A DNA stretch of 64,000 nt, from contig OY762911.1 in assembly GCA_963666565.1 (NCBI GenBank), positions 3,744,001-3,808,000 of the forward strand, written 5' to 3'. This document shows, in pieces, positions 59,004 through 64,000 of this stretch. The stretch is from Thermoanaerobaculia bacterium. GTDB lineage: Bacteria; Acidobacteriota; Thermoanaerobaculia; Multivoradales; Multivoraceae. Below the pieces are notes generated by a model. That model searched no databases. It had not been told where the DNA came from and saw only the letters and a list, made by a program, of their open reading frames with translations. The position numbers and the translations under genes are program-made. Within the stretch, counting starts at the first letter, position 1, and each line of letters opens with the position of its first letter.

Positions 59004-61268
59004 ATGACAGCGATCGGCACCCCCACCAAGCTCCTCGAGGGCGGCCCCAAGGTCAAGGGTTCGCTCCGGTACTGCGGCGACATCGACCGGCCCGGGCTCC
59101 TTCACGCCCGCCTCGTCACGAGTCCCCACGCTCACGCCAGGGTCCTGAACGTGGACACCGCCGCGGCCGAGGCCATGCCGGGGATCGCCGCCGTGATCAC
59201 CGCCGCCGACCTGCCGGACCTGCCGGCGAAGAACCGGCCGACCCTCCTTCTGGCCCGCGAGCGGGCGATCTTCGTCGGCCACCCGGTCGCCCTCGTTCTC
59301 GCCGAGAGCGAGTCGGCGGCCGCGGACGCCGCGGAGGCCGTCCTCGTCGACTACGAGCCGCTCGACGCCATCGTGACGATCGAGCAGGCGGAGGCCGCCG
59401 ACGCTCAGGCCGTCTGGCCGGACGGCCTTCCCGGCCAGTCCGAAGAGGCGGCCGCGCACGGCGCCGGCGACGTGTCGGAAGACGACGACGCGGCCTCCTC
59501 GTCGCCCAACGTGACGAACGCGATGCGCTTCGAGCGCGGCGACCTCGCCGCCGGCTTCGACGAGGCGGACGCGGTCGTCGAACGGGTGTTCCGCACGGCG
59601 TCCGTTCACCAGTCCTACATCGAGCCCCACGCCTCCCTGATCGACCCGGACCCGATGGGCGCCGGGATGACCGTGTACTGCTCGACTCAGGCGCCCTTCT
59701 TCGTTCGGGACGCGGTTGCGGGCATGGTCGGCCTGCCGCAGGACCGGGTCAAGGTCGTCGGCACGCCCGTCGGCGGCGGCTTCGGCGCCAAGTTCGTGCT
59801 GTACGAGCCACTCCTCGCGGTCGCCGCGGTGCGGCACCAGCGTCCCGTCCGCCTGGTGATGACCCGGACCGAGGAGATGCTGGCGGCGACGCCGGCCCCT
59901 TCCACCCGGATCACGATCCGGGCCGGAGCGAAGCGGAGCGGCGAACTCACCGCGCTCGAGGCGGAGCTGGCGATCGACTGCGGCTGCTTTCCGTCGTCGA
60001 TGACCGCTCTTGCCGGAACCCTGCTGGGAAGTTCGTACCAGACGCCCCACCAAGCCGTTGGCGGCTTCGAAGTCACGACGAACAAGCCGTCCGTCGGCGC
60101 CTACCGCGCGCCTCTGGCGCCCCAGGCGGCGTTCGTCGTCGAGACGGTCCTCGACCAGCTCGCTCTCGAACTCGAACTCGACCCGGTGGAGTTCCGGCTC
60201 CAGAACGCCTCGGAGAAGGGCGCCCCGATGGCGTCCGGAATGCCCTGGGCCGGGATGGGCCAGCGGCAGGTCCTGGAGGCGCTTCGCGATCACCCGGCCT
60301 GGAAGAACCGCGAGCGGGCCCGCGCCGAGGGACGGGGCGTCGGCATCGCGCTCGGCGCCTGGCCGGGCGGCACCGAGCCGGCCTCCGCCGCCTGCGCGCT
60401 GCAGACGGACGGCACGCTCAAGGTCCAGATCAGCACGGCCGACATCAACGGCACGAACACGAGCATGGCCCTGATGGCGGCCGAGGCGTTCGGGCTCGAC
60501 CCGGACAAGGTCACGATCGCGACGGGCGACACCTCGGCGGGGACGTACGCCGGCGCGTCGGGTGGCAGCAAGACGATCTACACGGTCGGCCCGCCCGTCA
60601 TCGAGGCTGCCCGCGAGGCGCGCCGCCAGACCCTGGAACTCGCGGCGCAGACGTTCGAGGCGGACCCCGAGGACCTCGAGATCGTCGACGGCGCCGTTCA
60701 GGTCAAGGGCTCGCCCGACAAGGCGATTCCGCTCAGGAAGATCGCCCAGCGGACGATGCGGTTCGGCGGCCGGCAGGCGCCGGTTTTCGGCCACGGCCGG
60801 CACGCCCAGACCAGCCAGGCGCCCGGATTCTGCGCCCAGCTCGCGGAGGTGAGCGTCGACCGGGAGACCGGAAAGGTCGACGTCGACCGGGTGGTCGTCA
60901 TCCAGGACTGCGGCAAGGCGATCAATCCGGCTGCGGTCGAGGGCCAGATGATGGGCGGCGCCCTGCAGGGCGTCGGCTGGGCGCTCTACGAGGAGATGGC
61001 CTACAGCGAGGACGGCCAGCTCCTGACGGCGACCCTGAACGACTATGCCCTGCCCGACTTCGCGCAGGGGCCGGCCGAGCTCGAGACCGTGCTGGTCGAG
61101 GTCGCCTCGGACCACGGGCCGTTCGGCGCCCGGGGCGTCGGCGAGCCGCCGGTCGTCCCCACCGCGGCCGCCATCGCCAACGCGATCGCCGACGCCTGCG
61201 GCGCGCGGCCGACGGAGTTGCCGATGACGCCGCCGAGGGTGCTCCAGGCGCTCGACGGGACCGCCTGA
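59004..61268 (+). CDS. Xanthine dehydrogenase/CoxL-family molybdopterin-binding subunit
   Basis: SPHAHA, HQSYIEPH, VGGGFGAK, AYRAP, DCGKAINP, EGQMMGG and GARGVGEPP. Confidence 0.93.
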   Translation: MTAIGTPTKLLEGGPKVKGSLRYCGDIDRPGLLHARLVTSPHAHARVLNVDTAAAEAMPGIAAVITAADLPDLPAKNRPTLLLARERAIFVGHPVALVLAESESAAADAAEAVLVDYEPLDAIVTIEQAEAADAQAVWPDGLPGQSEEAAAHGAGDVSEDDDAASSSPNVTNAMRFERGDLAAGFDEADAVVERVFRTASVHQSYIEPHASLIDPDPMGAGMTVYCSTQAPFFVRDAVAGMVGLPQDRVKVVGTPVGGGFGAKFVLYEPLLAVAAVRHQRPVRLVMTRTEEMLAATPAPSTRITIRAGAKRSGELTALEAELAIDCGCFPSSMTALAGTLLGSSYQTPHQAVGGFEVTTNKPSVGAYRAPLAPQAAFVVETVLDQLALELELDPVEFRLQNASEKGAPMASGMPWAGMGQRQVLEALRDHPAWKNRERARAEGRGVGIALGAWPGGTEPASAACALQTDGTLKVQISTADINGTNTSMALMAAEAFGLDPDKVTIATGDTSAGTYAGASGGSKTIYTVGPPVIEAAREARRQTLELAAQTFEADPEDLEIVDGAVQVKGSPDKAIPLRKIAQRTMRFGGRQAPVFGHGRHAQTSQAPGFCAQLAEVSVDRETGKVDVDRVVVIQDCGKAINPAAVEGQMMGGALQGVGWALYEEMAYSEDGQLLTATLNDYALPDFAQGPAELETVLVEVASDHGPFGARGVGEPPVVPTAAAIANAIADACGARPTELPMTPPRVLQALDGTA

Positions 61269-61368
61269 CGCGGCGACCGCCGGCGACCGTCCCCGCCCGC
61301 TCCCAGGAGCTTCCGCCGCGGACTTGCCGCGCTGCGTTCACGGCGGAAGCTCCTAGAATGCGGCGAGG

Positions 61369-63549
61369 ATGGTCCGTTGCGGAATCGATGCCTGGGCGCT
61401 GGGGGCGGTCGTCGTCCTCGCCGCGGTCACGCTCGCCGCGCCGCTCCTGGGGATCGCCGGGTGGCAGCCCGCGACGATGGCCGGCGCAGCGGCGGCCGGC
61501 CTGCTCTACGTCGCCGGCCGGGTCCTCTCGCTCGGGTCCCTGCTGGAGCGCGCCGCCGGTGCCGGGCGGCCGCCGCTCGTCTTCCTGCTGCTGCCTCTTG
61601 TCTTCTACCTGGCGCTGATTCCCTGGTCGATCCGGGAGCGCGCTCCCGACGGCGACGAGCCGTGGTTCCTCCTGACCACCCACAGCATCGCCCACGACTT
61701 CGACCTCGACCTGGCGAACAACTACCGCGACGAGGACTCGCTCTCGTTCATGCCGCGGGCGATCGGGCCGCAGCCCGGCGATCCCGAAGCCGACGACGGG
61801 ACCATCCGCTCGCGCCACGGCGCCGTGCTGCAGGCGGCGATGGCGCCCGCCTACCGCCTCGGCGGCCGCGCCGGCGCGATGGTCGTCGTCGCGGCTCTGG
61901 CCGCTCTGGGCGCCTGGTTGCTGCTCGATCTCACGGCGTTCAGCCCGGACGCGCGGGCGCGGCTCGTCGCGTACGCGACCTTCAGCTTCGCCGCGCCGTT
62001 CCTGATCTACAGCCAGCAGATCTGGGCCGAGGTCGCCGCCGTCCTGCTCGCCGTCGCCGCGTTCCGGTGGATCGACCGTCTCGCCGGAGGCGCGTGGGGA
62101 CCGGATTCACGGAGCGCCTCGACCGCGGCGCGCCGGGTGCGCCGGTCCGACATCCCACCGCCCGAAGACGGGCGCCATCGGGCCGCGGACTGGCGCGTCT
62201 GGCTGTTCCTCGCCCTGTCGCTGGCCCTCCTGCCCGCGATCAAACTCCGGTTCGCGCTGATCAGCGCGGCGCTCGCGCTGATCTTCGTGTTGCGCCTCGC
62301 CCCGGCCCGACGCCGCCGCGGACTCGTGGCGCTGGCGGTCGCCGGCGTCCCGGCGGCCGCCCTCGTCCTCTGGTCGAACCGCAGCGTCTTCGGCACCGTG
62401 CTGGGCATGCACTCGTGGAGCGAACTCGAGGTCTACCGGCAACCGGTTTCGACGTTTGCGCTCGGTCTGAACGGGCTGTTCTTCGACCTCGCCTACGGCC
62501 TCGTCGCCTGCGCGCCTATCTGGCTGCTCCTGTTCCCGGCGGCGGTCGCGGCATGGCGCCGCAACCGGCGGCTCCTGCTCGAGGTCGCGCTGATCGCCGT
62601 GCCCACGCTGCTCCTCGTCGCCTCCCGCCGCGAGTGGTACGGCGGGTGGTCGCCGCCGTTCCGCTACGGCCTCGTGGTGCTCCCCTTCCTCGCGCTGCTC
62701 CTGGTCCCCCTGTTCGAGCGGCGGCAGCGCGGCAGGCATGGCGCGCACGGGTCGTCTTCACCGCCGACCGGCGCCCGGGCGATCGCATCGGGCAAGCGGC
62801 CGGCGTCCGGCCCCGCGCCCGGCCTCGTCGCCCTCGCCCTGGCGCTGGCGCTGCTCACGGGCGCCCTGGCCGTCCTGTTCGTCGTGGAACCCGGATGGAC
62901 CTACAACCTGGCGGACGGCCGTCACCACTTCCTGCATCACCTGGAGGCGCGGACAGGTCTCGACTTCGCCCGCTTCCTGCCCTCGGCCGCGCGGCCCCGT
63001 GCCGCGACCTGGATCCTGCCGGCGCTCGCGGCAGTCGCGGCCATTCTCGCGGCGCGCGTGCGGAGGAGAACCGCGGCGGCCGCGTGCGCCGGCGTCCCCG
63101 TTCTGTTCCTGGCCGCCCTGCCCGTGCTCGCGGATTCGCTGCCTACGCGGCGCGTCGAGATCGAGAGCGCGGCCGTGCAGCGCACCGGGGGCAACCAGGA
63201 ACCGGCGCGCTGGACGCTGGACCGCACGCGCTTCCCGGAAGCGTGGGTGCTTCCCGAAGGCAGCCGCGCCGAGGCGGCGGTGATCCCGGGCGGCGACCGC
63301 GTGGAGATCGCCGTCACCCTCCAGGCGATCAGGAACCGCGCGGCGCCCCTCACGCTGGTCGTACGGGCCGGCGACCGGGAACTCGGCCGCCTGACCTTCG
63401 CCGAGGAAGGCGAGGACGGCTGGCACGTTCGCACGCTGCTGCCGGCGACCTGGCTGGCGGACGCTCCGCTCGTTCTCGACGTCCCCCACGGCGACGCCAT
63501 GCCGCAGAACGGTCTGGCGGTCGACCGCGTCGACCTGCGCTGGCACTGA
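61369..63549 (+). CDS. Polytopic membrane protein, GT-C glycosyltransferase-like
   Basis: Many TM helices, acidic DGDEP motif after the early TM helices, DFDLDLANNY, WYGGWSPPFRY and a C-terminal beta-rich domain. Confidence 0.65.
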   Translation: MVRCGIDAWALGAVVVLAAVTLAAPLLGIAGWQPATMAGAAAAGLLYVAGRVLSLGSLLERAAGAGRPPLVFLLLPLVFYLALIPWSIRERAPDGDEPWFLLTTHSIAHDFDLDLANNYRDEDSLSFMPRAIGPQPGDPEADDGTIRSRHGAVLQAAMAPAYRLGGRAGAMVVVAALAALGAWLLLDLTAFSPDARARLVAYATFSFAAPFLIYSQQIWAEVAAVLLAVAAFRWIDRLAGGAWGPDSRSASTAARRVRRSDIPPPEDGRHRAADWRVWLFLALSLALLPAIKLRFALISAALALIFVLRLAPARRRRGLVALAVAGVPAAALVLWSNRSVFGTVLGMHSWSELEVYRQPVSTFALGLNGLFFDLAYGLVACAPIWLLLFPAAVAAWRRNRRLLLEVALIAVPTLLLVASRREWYGGWSPPFRYGLVVLPFLALLLVPLFERRQRGRHGAHGSSSPPTGARAIASGKRPASGPAPGLVALALALALLTGALAVLFVVEPGWTYNLADGRHHFLHHLEARTGLDFARFLPSAARPRAATWILPALAAVAAILAARVRRRTAAAACAGVPVLFLAALPVLADSLPTRRVEIESAAVQRTGGNQEPARWTLDRTRFPEAWVLPEGSRAEAAVIPGGDRVEIAVTLQAIRNRAAPLTLVVRAGDRELGRLTFAEEGEDGWHVRTLLPATWLADAPLVLDVPHGDAMPQNGLAVDRVDLRWH

Positions 63550-63560
63550 GCCCCAACCAC

Positions 63561-63693
63561 TGGGTGCGCGGGTCCTCCGACCCGCAGCCGCCGCAGGCGG
63601 CCTTCAACCTCGTCGCCGGCCTTGCCGCCTGCGCTGCGCCGCTACGCGGCGCGTTTCCCCCCGGAAGGCCGGCGGGGACGCCGGCGCACCCGG
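63561..63693. repeat. Inverted REP doublet made of two different stem variants
   Basis: GGGTGCGCGGGTCCTCCGACCCGC at 63562 and GCCGGCGGGGACGCCGGCGCACCCGG at 63668-63693, between convergent genes. Confidence 0.8.
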
Positions 63694-63708
63694 TGTGCCC
63701 CGCTCAGG

Positions 63709-64000
63709 TCAAGGCCGGACTTCGTAGTAGAGGTTCGCCGGATCGTCGAAGTCGTGCATTCGGAAGCGGGTGAAGCCGGCTTCCCGCACCATCCGCTCCG
63801 CCACGACCGGGTTGAACCCCAGCGTGCCCAGGCCGAGACCGTCCGGCTCGGACAGGGCCGAGGACATGCAGGCGGACACGGAGAACCCGTAGAGCAGCGC
63901 CAGCATGGGGTTGCGCATGTTGTCCTCGAACCGCGGGCTGCTGCGGATGTCCTTGATCAGCCAGGTGCCGTCGTCCCGGATGGCGCCGCGGATGGCGGCG
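63709..64000 (-). CDS. Class I SAM-dependent methyltransferase, C-terminal fragment (runs off the window)
   Basis: DDGTWLIKDI, YGFSVSACM, GLGTLG, EAGFTRF and NLYYEVRP resemble the C-terminus of HTH-methyltransferase fusions. Confidence 0.7.
   Translation of the reverse strand, partial: AAIRGAIRDDGTWLIKDIRSSPRFEDNMRNPMLALLYGFSVSACMSSALSEPDGLGLGTLGFNPVVAERMVREAGFTRFRMHDFDDPANLYYEVRP

Noticed and set aside
59004-61268. Aerobic CO dehydrogenase CoxL
   Set aside because: The loop is AYRAP rather than AYRCSFR (form I) or AYRGAGR (form II), and no coxMS genes are adjacent.

Overview
High-GC bacterial chromosomal segment with about 45 protein-coding genes. The gene content suggests Acidobacteriota (inference only): acidobacterial-type VWA proteins, a DUF6152-like protein and many exported hypothetical paralogs. 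No rRNA, tRNA, CRISPR array, integrase or transposase was seen. Conventional content: class III CoA-transferase plus ThDP oxalyl-CoA decarboxylase/2-hydroxyacyl-CoA lyase, a fused sensor kinase-response regulator, two PQQ-type dehydrogenases, fabF, an AGCS symporter, an M16 peptidase pair, CIRCE-controlled groES-groEL, a peptide ABC operon, a bifunctional beta-oxidation enzyme, a CocE/NonD hydrolase, a RES-Xre toxin-antitoxin pair, a PPTase, hflX, rne, a lone molybdopterin subunit and a GT-C-like membrane protein. Most unusual signals: (1) a structured ~350-nt candidate transcription unit between rne and the molybdo-subunit, carrying a 14-codon ORF behind an extended, apparently sequestered Shine-Dalgarno; (2) an ABC operon in which three expanded gene junctions all keep stop/start overlap, one through a 60-aa Arg-rich heptad mini-ORF built from a 21-bp repeat; (3) a cluster of uncharacterised exported ACHEGNY-family proteins with a predicted N-terminal-His DUF6152-like protein, an atypical PQQ enzyme and a cytochrome c; (4) a five-member Ig-VWA paralog array with a hypervariable loop and two 1-bp frameshifts; (5) a GGTG-type REP-like family with covarying stems. 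All calls come from motif reading and have not been checked by database search.
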